From NCBI RefSeq assembly GCF_009914755.1, contig NC_060931.1: a DNA stretch of 64,000 nucleotides. One strand, given 5' to 3'. The translations under genes were made by a program, and so were the position numbers. The notes beneath the pieces are model-generated. The model searched no databases, was not told where the DNA came from, and was given only the letters and a program-made list of their open reading frames with translations. This document shows, in pieces, positions 46,500 to 58,907 of this stretch; position 1 is the stretch's first letter, and each line of letters opens with the position of its first letter. The DNA is from the human T2T-CHM13v2.0 reference genome, Homo sapiens.

Positions 46500-48450
46500 G
46501 AAAAAGAATAATATAATAAAACTCTAAGCCCATAATATATCCACTTTAAGAAACAAAACATTACTAATATATTTAAAGCCCATTTTGTATCCTTTCTAAT
46601 TATATTTTCCTGATTTCCCACCCTGATGTAACCATTATTCTCAGTTTAGTTTTTTATCCTTCCCATGAATTTTTTACACTTTTGGTATATATGTGTCTAT
46701 TCCTAACAATATATACTGTTGTTCTCCATGAGTCAAAACTTCGTGTTATATTACATGTATTCAGCAATTAACTTTTTTCTCAACATTATGTTTGTAAGAT
46801 TAATCCACATAGTTTTTATTATTGCAGTTTTGTAATTTTTATTGCTATATAATATCACACTGTAAGAATATATGGTAATTTATTCACTTTTCTGTTGGTG
46901 AATGCTAAATTTGTTTCTACATGTTTGTTATTACAAAGGATGCAGCTAAAAACATTCTTGTGTAGGGGTGGAATTGCTGTGTTATAGGTATACAAATATT
47001 TAACTATCAGATATTACTATAGTGGTTGCTGTAATATGCTCTCACCAACACGTAAGAGGGTGCTCATTTTTTCACATTTTCAGCAAGTGGCATTAATAGT
47101 CTTTTTATTGCTAATCCAATAAATGTTAATGTAATCTCATTGTGGTGTTAAGTGTTTAGTTTGAATTTCTCCAATTGTCAAGTAAAGTTGAACCTTTTAA
47201 ATAAGCTTATTGGCCACCTACAGTTCTCTTCTGTGAATTGCCTGTTTATATGTTTTGCCCAATTTTAAATTGAGTTATTATCTTTTTCTTATTGGTTTGA
47301 TGTATTTATATATTCTGGTTAATAATTTTTTGTTAATTATGCATATTACAAAGATCTTTTTCCAGGTTGTGACTTATTTTTTCACCTTTTAAAATGTTAT
47401 ATTTTAATGAATACAAGTTTTTTATATGGCCAACTTTGTCAATCTTTTTCTTTTTGATTTGTACTTTTTAGATCTTATGAGTTTCTTTTTTATCCTATTG
47501 TAATAAACATAATCTCAGATATTTTTCTAAATTTTTGTTAAGTTTCACTCTTCCAATTTAGGCCTATATTTTACTTGGAATGAACTTCTGTGTATGATGT
47601 GAGATAGGATTGAATTTTTTTTTATTCCAATTGTCCCATTACTCTCCCCTCCTAGTTTGTAATACCCTCTCTCTCATAGATTGTTTCCATAAATGCTTGG
47701 ATTTATGTATCAAATTCTACAAATGCCTCACTTGGAGTTGGTTAGAATTACATTTAATTCAAAAATTTGAGGAGGTTTCTCTTTTTTTATGATACTTGCT
47801 CTCCCTATCTGTAAACATTCTCTATTTATGTAGGTTTTCATTAATTTCTTCAATACAATTGTATAATTTTCTCCATAAAGGACAAATGTATCTTTAGTGA
47901 GATTTATTCCTAGATGCATTTTATCTTGGTTGTTGTAAATTGGATGTTTTTAAAGGTTATATTTTCTCCGTCTGGTGTATAAAATGCAATTCATTTCTAC
48001 AAATAACCCTGTGTATTAATTCTGACAATGTATTATAGATAATTTCAGGATTTCTATGCAGATAGTATAATAAAAAATAACAATATTCCTTTTCTTTCCA
48101 TCCGTTATTATTTTCTTTTTCCCTTTCCTTTCTTCTTTTCTAAGCTGCACTGGAGACAATCTTCAATACAATGTTGAATAGAAACAATGATAACGAGCAT
48201 CCTTGTCTCACATCTGAATCTGTCTAATGCTTCACTATTCAGTGTGAAATTTGCTATAGATTTTAGGTAGATAAACTTCTTTGGAAAAAGAAGTTTCATT
48301 TTCTTCCTAGTTTAATAGGAGTTTTACCATGAATAAGTATTGATAAGAGGGTGTTTTCTTTGTAGGGTACAAACACTTGCAGTATGTATTAATTCAATCA
48401 TATTCATTGTATTATTCAAACCATTTATTTCCTTTTTCATTTTTTCCTAC
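46500..48450 (-). mobile_element. Old L1ME-like relic
   Basis: Reverse L1 3' UTR/ORF2 motifs (gtaaccattattctcag; tttattcctagatgcatttt; caatacaatgttgaatag). Confidence 0.7.
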
Positions 48451-49507
48451 TTATTCATATGGATAGGTCAAAAAATTTCTCACTGTGATAGGGTTTCTGT
48501 TCCCTTCTCTTCTTTCCTTTCCCTCCTTACCTCCCTCCCTTCCTTCCTGTATTGCTGGATGGTTGTAGAAAAGTCAGTGGTACGTAAGAAATGCTTACAA
48601 AGGCATCAGAAGTAAATACCACACAAATAAAAAGCAAGGAGGGGTAGGAATATTATAATCAGACAAAGTAGAAGTCAAGACAAAAATCATTAAATGATAC
48701 ATAAAATACCTTTTACATTAAGTCAGGTACATCCCATTATTAAGATATAATAACAGTTATAAGCCCTTATGAGTTGAATAACATGACATCAAAGTATATA
48801 AGGCAAAAAGTATAAGAAATGAAAATTACTTTGTCTGAATGACAGTACTATCATTTATAAAACTAACAGAATTTCTTATTAAGAGTCTTGTGATGATTAA
48901 GCTAGGTAATGCATCTGTGGTGAGTATGAATACTTCAGGCCACAAACTTTTAATTTTAAGTGCAATCCAAAGTGAAAGAATTAATCTTATTCTCAGTCAA
49001 TTCAGGACAATCTCATTTAATTCACAGTTTCTCCTCTCTTGCATTTTACTTCGGATTTTATCCAACTTCAGGGGGTTGTGGGGTTTCAAGGCATCAGGGG
49101 AGACATTAGGTTCCTCCCTGCATTCATAAGAAAGTCTTGAGTATTGTCTATTTGCCAGAATGCATGCCTGGCTGTGGCTGCATCCCCATCATTCTGACCT
49201 CTCCAGGTGTGTGAACAATCTTCTTCATGGAACTTTGGTTCCCTTCATGAAAGCACATAATAAGCCAACTGCTCCCTGTGCCAAGAGTCAGGCTCAGCCC
49301 TTCTCTGCCTTGACACACACCTGGTCTTCCCCTGACTAGGGGAAGACATATTGGGATGTAGACATATTGAGAACTTGGCGAACCTGATGCCTGGTAGAGC
49401 TCTCTATGGTAGAGCCAGGCAGTGGGCATGAATGCCCTTCCTCTCAGAGTCCCACATTCAAATGAGATTTCTATGGTAACCTGGTCCCTGAGGTTATGCC
49501 TCTGAAG

Positions 49508-49688
49508 TAATTGTTCTCAACCTTGTGTGCATAACAGACTCTTTATAAGCTCCCAAAATACCAAAGCCCACTATCCATCCCAAGCCAATTAAATAAGAAT
49601 CTATGGGCAGGGAAGCTCAGGCATTGCATTTTTTTTTTTTTAAGTCCCCAGAGTGAGTCCAGTGTGCAAATAGGTTTGAGAACCGCTG
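49508..49688. mobile_element. MER5A hAT-Charlie MITE
   Basis: TIR-like gttctcaacc...ggtttgagaaccgctg. Confidence 0.8.
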
Positions 49689-50157
49689 CTCCACAAGGTT
49701 GAATGGGGGCTTTCTAGAATGATTTTGGCAAATTTTTTAATTTTTGGCCTTCAGCAGTTTATGAGTGATCATATTAACATACCCTCATTAGCATAAAGTG
49801 TATTATACTTTTTTAGAATTACTAATTTGTTTGTTGAAAAATATGTTATTTTACTGATTAGGTTTACTATTGTTCATATGCTTATTTTTTATTAGTATTT
49901 CCTTCTGAACCACAAATTGTTGGCTCATGTCTTTGTTACATTTTTATTCTGGGATGTTGGTGTTTTCTCTTATATTTTTGTGAAAGTGATTTAATATTAA
50001 TAATAGTCTATTCAATATTAACTATGTGGTTCCCATTTGTTATAAATATTCATCTTAATTTGTTATTGGTCTGCATTTATTTTAAATAGAGAAGTTTTTA
50101 ACTCTATATTTTCCTATGTAGTGTTTGGTTGTGTATACACATCCTGTCTTCCACAAG

Positions 50158-50359
50158 CAGCACTGTCCAATAGAGCTTTCTGTGATGATGGAAATATGTA
50201 GAAATATCTACTTCGTCCACTATGGTGGCCACCAGCTCCGTGTAGTTGTTGAGCACTTGAAATGTGGCTGGTGTGACTGAGGAAATGAACTTTTCATTTT
50301 AATTAATTGAAAGGTAGATAATCACATGTGACTAGTGACTACCATATTGGACAGTGAAA
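50158..50359. mobile_element. MER3-like MITE inside a reverse old L1 (~49720-51450)
   Basis: cagcactgtccaatag...gagcacttgaaatgtggct...atattggacagtg. Confidence 0.85.
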
Positions 50360-51914
50360 TTATAAAGGGTTTATCATTATGGTTTTGTGCTTTTTGACCC
50401 AACAGTGATTTTGAGAGTTTTCTTCCTTATAAGTTCTAGTTTTGGTGAATTACAATAAAGAAATAAAAGTATGGCTTATATAGTTTATATTTCTAAATTT
50501 TATTGATGTTCTTTTTGCCTTAAGATAATGTGGTCAATTTTAGAAAATCAGTGGAATTGAAAAGAAAATCTGTGATATAAAATGTTGCTATATCTACTAA
50601 TTCAATTTTACTGATTATGTTATTTAAATTACCTAGATACATCCTCTTATTTTTATCAACTTGTTCTGTAATAGATGGTGTGGGATTTTAGTACCTAATT
50701 ATAATTGTGTTTTAGTCTCTTTCTTATATATCAAATAGTTTTTTGCTATATAAATTTTGATGTTATGTTAATCAGCTCATAAATGCACAGGACTATTATA
50801 TTGCAATTACAGATTTCATCTTGTTTCAATGGAAAAGAGTCCTTTTTGTTTCATTGTTGTATTGAATTGTTTTTGCTTTGAACTTTCCTTTGAAAATATC
50901 AGTGCCACCTGTGCTTATTTTTATTTGCCTTCTATACCTATCATTTCAATCTTATCTTTTTAATGTAATTTAAGTTTGGTCTCACTCTTGATCTTCTTTA
51001 ACTCAATTCAAATCTGTCTTTCATTTCAGTTGTAGAGCAAAACTATTTTTATTTATTTTTCATACTAAGTTCAGTCCTATTTCTACCATTTTGTTTTATA
51101 TTTTTTATTGAGTTTGACACTGATGTTTTGCTGTTTCACTTATTGGTTTATGCTTTTTGCTATACTTTTTTTGCTCTTTTCATTTATAGTAATTTGGAAG
51201 GTATATTTTTCTCTACTCTGATGTATATCATGGTATTTAATTTTTTTCATTTCTCCCTGTCTTTCCCATTCCCACAATTATAAGTTTAATTAGAAATTAC
51301 AGACTCAGTTTATAGAATCTCATCTCCATTTTTTTCAAATACATCTTTAAGAGCTATTTTGGCTTTATATTCAATATTTATGTTACTGCAATTCTCTCTG
51401 AACTTTTTAGTAATTTAAATGTTTACTACCAATTGTTTTATATGGTAACTGTCTCATGGTCAAATTCTTGATCTAAAAGCCAGAAGAGAAAGTGAGGGGA
51501 AGGGAGCATTTTGGAATATATACAGTAATAGAAGAGTCTGCTTGATTTCTGTATTCCAGCAGGAGAGATGAGAGGTGAGAAATGACTGAATTTTTTTCTT
51601 TGCATTTATTTTGCTATTCCCAAGATATATATGCTTTTTCTGTTATGCTCAGGATACTTTGCTTAGTGGAAATACCAAGACTTTGGCATATGGACTCAAC
51701 TTTAGATGTTATTTCTAGTGCCAGTTACCCTTGTTAATGTTGAAGTTTTTTCCTGGATTTTATCAAGCTGTTGTCTTTCACCCCCTTGATAAATTCATTG
51801 AATGAGAAGTTTAGGAGAGGTAGCTGCCAATATGCTACCACATTAACCAGGTTTATCTGCACTCCAATTTCTAGAGAGCACTAAGTTTTCAAAAGTTCAT
51901 AAAAATGTGTGTAT

Positions 51915-52330
51915 TTATGTATTTTTATATCATCTCATTCCAAAAATATTTGAGAATATTTAGTAGTAAATTCAATTCAATTAGATAAGGCACAAAAAGG
52001 ACAAGGATATTGGGGCAAAAAGAAAGAAAAATGTTTAATATATCAAATGCAAGCTCTAATTGTTAGAATCACAAAATGAAGGTTCCTGGTAGCCAAAGCA
52101 AAGAAAGAAGCAAGCTCCATTCCACAGTATCAAGACTCATGGTGACCCTAAGACCTTAAGTCAAACAATTGCTCAGAAGCAGCACAGCTTTTCTTGATAA
52201 TGACTTCAGAGACTTACTTTCCCAGTTCTCCCAAAGAGGGCACTGTATGAAGGTATGGACCACACTCTCAGTAGCTTACGGGCATTAAATACAGTCTTGA
52301 GTTTGACAAAGCCATTTCTATTTCTTGTAA
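51915..52330 (-). mobile_element. L4 (RTE-X)-like 3' fragment
   Basis: ctcattccaaaaatatttgag...cctggtagccaaagcaaag...cacagcttttcttg resembles my recollection of L4. Confidence 0.4.
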
Positions 52331-52424
52331 TGACATATAATGTCGACTATAGAATACGAAATCACAATTCTCCCCATCCCCACCAAAGGCGTGATTTGAC
52401 AGGCATGTCTAACTATGTAGGAAG

Positions 52425-52552
52425 GCACTATTATAGAATGATTCACTGTGGGAGACTGCTGTCAGAATTCCTGAGTTCAAATCCTGGTTCAGCCCTTTGC
52501 TAGGAGTCTGACTTTAGGCAATTTACTCCGCTCTGTTTCTTCATCTGTTAGG
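52425..52552 (+). mobile_element. MIR fragment
   Basis: cctgagttcaaatcctggttc...tgactttaggcaatttact...tttcttcatctgt. Confidence 0.7.
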
Positions 52553-53761
52553 CTCGGTCACGGAAGGACCAATGGTGGTGTCATTCACAGAAAGGTGGGG
52601 GACAGGGTGGGGGAGATGGATGGGGACATATCATGAATCAGGTTGAACAATATCAGGCAGGCCTCTAGCCTCAAGTCCTCAATTCTCTGGGGCTGCATCT
52701 TGGAAGAGAATTAATAATCAAGTGGTGGAAAATAGAAAGGAAAAAAAAAGAATTCCATTGATTCTAAGAGGATATTTTTCACATTTTAATATCTCTAAAC
52801 TCAGGGCACATTTAAAAATTGATGGCATGCCATGGCTGAACTGGCAGCATTGTTTCTCTTCTTGGTGGAATAGAAAATGATGGTGTATATGACAATGCAC
52901 CACATCCTAGATTCAATAAATTATGGTAGCAATAATTATTGTAAGAGGCCGGCCGCTCCTCAGGGGCAGCCAAGGTCTGTCTGGGGAGGTGACATGGATC
53001 CGGCTAAAGTTCTGGCAATCCAAGAGGACCATGTCTGTCCAGTTAGGGTGCTGTCAGGTGAGAAGGTGTTCAGCAGAAGCACAGTTCTCTTATTTTAAGA
53101 GGAATCCTTCCTAAGGCTAATCCTTGCTGCCGTTCCCAGCATCCTCATAAGGATGAAAAGGAACCAAGGAGCTGCTGCATATAGCAGGAAACTCCTTTTG
53201 TTTGCCAGGGAGAAGAGTCAGCCACAAATACACATGAGCATATGCAGGTCAGAGGGAGGCAGGGAGCAAGTTGACAGCCTGCCAGGGGCCTCTCCAGTAC
53301 CACTTCCCTATGGTTATATGTTTTTTTTTCACCAGTCAGCCAGGACTGCGGAGAGATCATCGCCAGTGGATGCTTTCTCTGACCTTTCCTTCCTGCATGC
53401 TGTTGGGAAGACTGGCCCCAAATCCAACGGGAAGGATATCAGAGACCACCGAGTTTGGGGCACAGAGAAACTCACAAAAATGTGGGAGAAGCAGAAATAG
53501 CTACACCATACCCGTTTTGGAAGAGGCTACATCTACATTCAAGGGAAGTTTATGCCCCATTCCCCTTGAACTGTCCATGTAAAGCGCTTGTCAAATGATC
53601 GATGCTCCATATAAACATGAGCTATTTTCCTTTTATAAGTTTGTTTGCCCAGACAGGTTTGGAAGGTATGGAAGATCTATTAGGAAATCCCAGAAATGCA
53701 GCTCTGCATTTCATGGTGTGTGGGAATGCTGGGGGAGGGGAAGACCTAGAAGTGTCCCTGT

Positions 53762-53898
53762 AGGTTGAGAGTTCCATGCACCTTGGTCTGCCCTTGGCTG
53801 TCCCAGTTTATGTCTATTGTCTCAGCAAAATTATTAACAGAGGTCCCTGTCACCCTCAAAAGTATTCTCATGCAGACAATAATTTCATGATCACTCTA
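53762..53898. mobile_element. MER94-like hAT-Blackjack MITE
   Basis: gtcccagtttatgtctattgtctcagcaaaattattaa...ctcaaaagt...atgatcactct. Confidence 0.6.
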
Positions 53899-55679
53899 CA
53901 GGTGGCTCATGTGAGTCCAACTTTCTGTTTCCTTTCATACACGTGAGAAATAATTTAAATATAGAGAGATTAAAAATGGAATCAGTAAGATATTCAAATG
54001 CTTGAGAACAAGAATTTCAAACCCAAGAAATCAGGAATAAATAAAAACACACATAAAAAATAAATACCATAGTATAGGATATTTCTATATTAGACTTGTT
54101 AAATGTAGACACTTGAGAAGTTAAAAGATCTATCCTAAACCAACAGTTCAAACTAAGTATTTTTAAGGTATAACATTAAAACATGTAATAATAAATCTTA
54201 AAGGACAAAATAGAGAGCCTAAATATTTAAATAGATAAATTGCACAATAGGATGAATATGAATAGAAAACAAAAGAATAAAAATAGAGTGAGAAAATCTC
54301 ATTAAAGCAATGCACAGCTGTAGGTAATACACACATATATATGTTTACATTTGTAATATATGTATAGATACATAATATTTATCTCCTTAGCAAAACAAAT
54401 AAACCAAAATCTAAAAGAGAAATGGGAAAAAATGAAAATTAGGCCTTAGCTAGAAGTCTATGAATAGCAACAACTCTTAAATTCTGTGGTCAAATGGTCT
54501 TCTCACAGCGCGGTGCCCACGCAATGTCTGTGGCAGGGGGAGAAGAGGTGTGAGGGCACCTGGAAAATGTACCTTTCCTTCCTCTCCCAAATCACATCAA
54601 ATCCCCTAAAACAAACACTTCTCATAGCAATATTGGTGAGACATTGCACGCATATTCGTACATGTGCCATTTAGATTTCCAAGTGCATAAGCATTCTATG
54701 TTATCATTTTTTACGTTTCTGAAAAAAACCTTCCTTAAAGAAGTTGATTAATGAAACTATCCCAATCCCAAACACTATTAATAGCACAGGGTGTTGTTTA
54801 GAAAGATGATGAAATTAACACACAAAGAACAGCTACTCAGTACAAAAATCAGCCTAGCACCAGACAGGATCTATGGTATTACTCTTTTTAAAAATCATAT
54901 GCAGGAAGTTTCGTCAAACAAGAACTCTAAAAAATGAGAGCAATTTGATTAACTAATTACAATGCTTCCATCAATCAAAGTGGCTCCACTAAGGTCATAT
55001 ACAACTTGGTTGCATTTAAGGAGAAAGGTCTGCAGTTACACATTTTCTCTTGTTTACTAACGTAAAAGACTTCAGGTTTTTTATTAACCCAGGCAGTCGT
55101 TGGCATGAGAGATTAGTTTTGCAATTTGATGAGGTACATTCCACAGCACGTTAAATTAGAATCCCAGATACTAAAGCCCCAAATCTAATTTTCACCCTGG
55201 TTTATAAGGTTCTCTTGAAAATTCTATTATCCTAATGCATGCCTCTTATTCTCTAACTCCTATAAAAGACCATGCCAATTATAAAGTCAAAAATATTCTG
55301 AATTGCCACTGTGGAATATTTAAATTTTTATATTTACTGGATCATTGAGCTTAGGTACAAAGCTCCAATCTATTTACCTAAAATTGCAGTTCTTATAAAT
55401 TGTAGCAAAATTCTGGATCTAACTATGAATTCTGTCAAATAAGGATTTGATTGAGCCACTCAATTTGCCTAAATAATAACTACACTTGCTTGTTCTTGGG
55501 CAGGTCCTTAAAAAACTAATCAGTATATGGTTCAGAAAGCCAGAGGATGGAGGGAAATGGAGAAACAGGGAAGGCAAGATAACAGAAGGTGAAGGATGCT
55601 GCTTGATTTCATTGCACCAGTGTTGACAACATGACTTTCACTTATGAAACTGAGCTACGTACGGATGAGAGTGTGAGCA

Positions 55680-55960
55680 TTTCCTGTAACTTTCCCCAGG
55701 ACACTCTTTGCCCAGATCACCAAAGTGCTTGCTCCCTCATCTTCTCAGGTATTTGCTCACGCATCAATGTCTCAGGTCTTCCCTGATCATCCTATTTAAA
55801 CATCTGTCTGTCTAGAGCCCCCACCTACACCCCACATCTTTCTTTCCCTGCTTCATTTGTCTCCAGAGCACTTTTCAACATCTAACATTTATTTTAATTA
55901 TGTATCTTGTTTACCATGTATTTCCTCTTATTAAAATGGAAGCCCAGAAAAGCAGAGATA
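55680..55960 (+). mobile_element. L2 fragment
   Basis: actctttgcccagat...cttccctgatcatcctatttaaa. Confidence 0.6.
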
Positions 55961-55989
55961 ACCTCGATTCTAAATTTCTAGATTGTGAT

Positions 55990-56720
55990 TACCTTGTTTG
56001 GTTAATAGGACATGTTGCTTGATGTTGCTAATTATTGAGCTTTATGAAAATGCTATCATTCTGTTTGTTGTCTTGTGAGCCTGGCTTTTTATGCTCAACA
56101 TTATGCTTTTGAGATTCAGCTTTGTTGATGGCTGAAGCTATAGTACATTCATTACTTTTCTACTTTTCCATTCTCTTGTCAACAGCAATTTTGGTCTTTC
56201 CAGTTTTTTGCAAAGCAAGCAGTTCTATAATGAAAAATCTTACATATGTCTGCTGGTACACATGTGAAAGAGTTTTTCTATGGGTATATCCAGGAGTGGA
56301 ATTTCTGGTTGCAGGGTAGACAGGTCTTCTTATTTCCCAAGTGGGCTCTACCAATTTGAGCTACACAGTAGTATTTAAAAAGTTTCTGTGGGTACACTGT
56401 TTGTCCAAACTTAATATTTTCCAGCTTTCCAATTTTGGTCAATCTGATGAATGTAATGTGATATGTCACTCTGGATTTAAAAAGCATTTCTCTAATTATT
56501 AATGTAATCAAGCATCCTTTCATATTTAGTGACCATTGGGTGTTTTCTGTTCTGTGAAATTCCTATTTTTGTGAAATATTGTTCATGTCTTTTTTGCCTG
56601 TTCTTCTATTTAGTTGTCTTTTCCTTACTGATTTTAGGAGTTCTTTCTAAATGCTGTCTATTAATATTTTATCTGTTGTACGTACACAAACATGTTCTCC
56701 TAGTTTGTGGCTTAATTATT
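55990..56720 (-). mobile_element. Old L1ME-like 3' fragment
   Basis: ctcaacattatgcttttgagattca; tatatccaggagtggaatt. Confidence 0.7.
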
Positions 56721-57279
56721 ATCCTTTCATCTTTTTCCCCCCTCTCTTCCTTGTCATACTTTCCCCTGGAATATCTATGGATTTGGAACAGGAGGAGAAC
56801 CCATTCATGTCAACTTGATGCGTCACATTATGCAGAAATTCCCAATAGACACTTCCTTCCTCTTAAATTTTCCCATTCCTAGCATTTTTGATAGCCTTTC
56901 CTAGATAACTTTTCAAAAACAAAAAAACAAATTGCTAACCCCTCTGGTGTGCAAATTATTCTATTTCATTATTAAATTGGGGAGTAAAATAATTATTTTT
57001 ATTTCTTCCTTTGAGCACCATTTGGAGTTAAACCAATTTCCAGTATTCCTCCATAACCTTAACTAACTGAACACAATACATAATTTATAGGTAATTTGAC
57101 AGCTGCTATAATGCTTAGCACATTTTAATGCCATTTGTTTCTTGGAATTCTTTGCATAAATGATACTCTAAGAGTCAAAGCTTTCCTTTTGTTCTTAATT
57201 TTTCCTTCCTCTAAGCTTTTAATTTTGCATGAAATTTGACATTAAATCTATAAAGATTCTTGTTCCAAGATTAGATCTA

Positions 57280-57840
57280 GATTCTTGGTCAATGATAACA
57301 TTTGTAAGAACAGGGACTCTGTTGATTTTGCTCAGCAATGTGCTCCTGGTACCTAGCATCTTATCTGGCACCTAATAGCTTGCCCAATATATACTTGACT
57401 AATGATGTAGGTAAAGTATACAGCACAAAATTGTCTTTAAGAATCTTAAATATTTACACTCTAGGGACTAATATGTCTGTCTCTAGAGATATATTCTAGG
57501 AATGAAATCAATCTGATCAGTGCAGACATATTTACCTACAAAGATGTTCATGTGATTGTTATTTATAATAAAGTTTGGAAACGGTGAATGTTAAATGATC
57601 AACAATAATGAATTTGTTTAAATAATTATGGAACATCTACATAATAGACTGTCATAAAGTCATTAAAACTCACATTTTCAAAGAAAATTAGAAACGTATA
57701 CAAAACAGTGCTAAGTGAATAAAACAACATAGAACTGTATATTTAGTATGATACTATTTTGGCATATGGCATATAGGTGAAGGAAAAACTGGAAAGAAAA
57801 ATACTAATATTTTTCAGTAGTTGTCTTTGGTTAGTGAGAA
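57280..57840 (+). mobile_element. L2 3' end (~57280-57410) followed by L1ME 3' fragment
   Basis: tacctagcatcttatctggcacctaatag; aagatgttcatgtgattgttatttataat. Confidence 0.55.
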
Positions 57841-58542
57841 CTACCACATCACACGGGTTGGAGGCATCTTGAAATCAGTACCAAGCTGTTTCAGCTACGT
57901 ATTTCTACAGCTTAGCTCAGTGCTTGTGAATTGTGGTACTCAACAATTAATGAATTAGAATAGCACACTTAAAAATAATCAGAATTCTTAATCCTGCATG
58001 GGCCTTTTCAGTAACTTGTCATTGGTCATGTATTCTAAAACTTCATGTATCAGCTCAAGTTTCTGCTTGCAAAACAGGGGGTGGGCCATGCCCTCCAAGG
58101 GCACTCTGGGGACTGGAAATGGCAGAGGCACCTCAAGGAGTTTTCATTATCTCCTTCGAATGCCTGCGGACTGTGCTGACAAAGTGTGTTGTGGAATCTG
58201 TGCCTTAGCTGCTTGAATTGAACTCAATACGCAGCATCCACAGCAGAGCGTGTGTGTTTTTGTCTGATTTGAAATAGAAATATTTCCATTCACTCTTGGT
58301 GGGAGATTGTCAAACACAAGGCACTAAACATACTGAGCGCAGCAACGCTGGCTTCCATGAATTATCTATTATACCGTGGCTACATTTTGGCTACTTAAGG
58401 ATGATTTGGGGATATGTTCTCACTCTAATTTTTTTTGTATTACCCATTGGCTGCCAGTATCTGATCCTGGATTGACTATGCATGACTCCAGCAGTGGTTA
58501 CTGTGGGGCCTGGGCTTCCTGGGCCATTCAATTATAAGATCA

Positions 58543-58907
58543 TGTATTAGTCTGTTTTCACTCTCCTGATAAAGACATACTTGAGACTGGGTAATTTATA
58601 AAGAAAAAGAGGTTTAATGGACTTACAGTGCCACATGGCTGGGGAGGCCTCACAATCATGGTGGAAGGTGAAAGGCACGTCTTACATTGGCGGTAGGCAA
58701 GAGACAGAATAAGGACCAAGCACAAGGGGTTTCCCCTTATTAAACCATCTGATCTCGTGAGACTTATTCACAATCACAAGAACAGTATGGGGGAAATCGC
58801 CCCCATGGTTCAATTATCTCCCACCGGTTCCCTCCCACAACATGCAAGAATTATGGGAGCTACAATTCAAGATGAGATTTGGGTGGGGACACAGCCAAAC
58901 TATATCA
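58543..58907 (-). mobile_element. THE1B/C solo LTR
   Basis: tgtattagtctgttttcac...ggggacacagccaaactatatca. Confidence 0.93.

Larger units (their letters stand above)
41382..46500 (+). mobile_element. Old L1M element (5' UTR, ORF1, partial ORF2) with nested insertions
   Basis: ORF1-like aaggagaaatcaagacattctcagatg; ORF2-like [16 protein letters not shown] in ORF 44617..44799. Confidence 0.8.
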
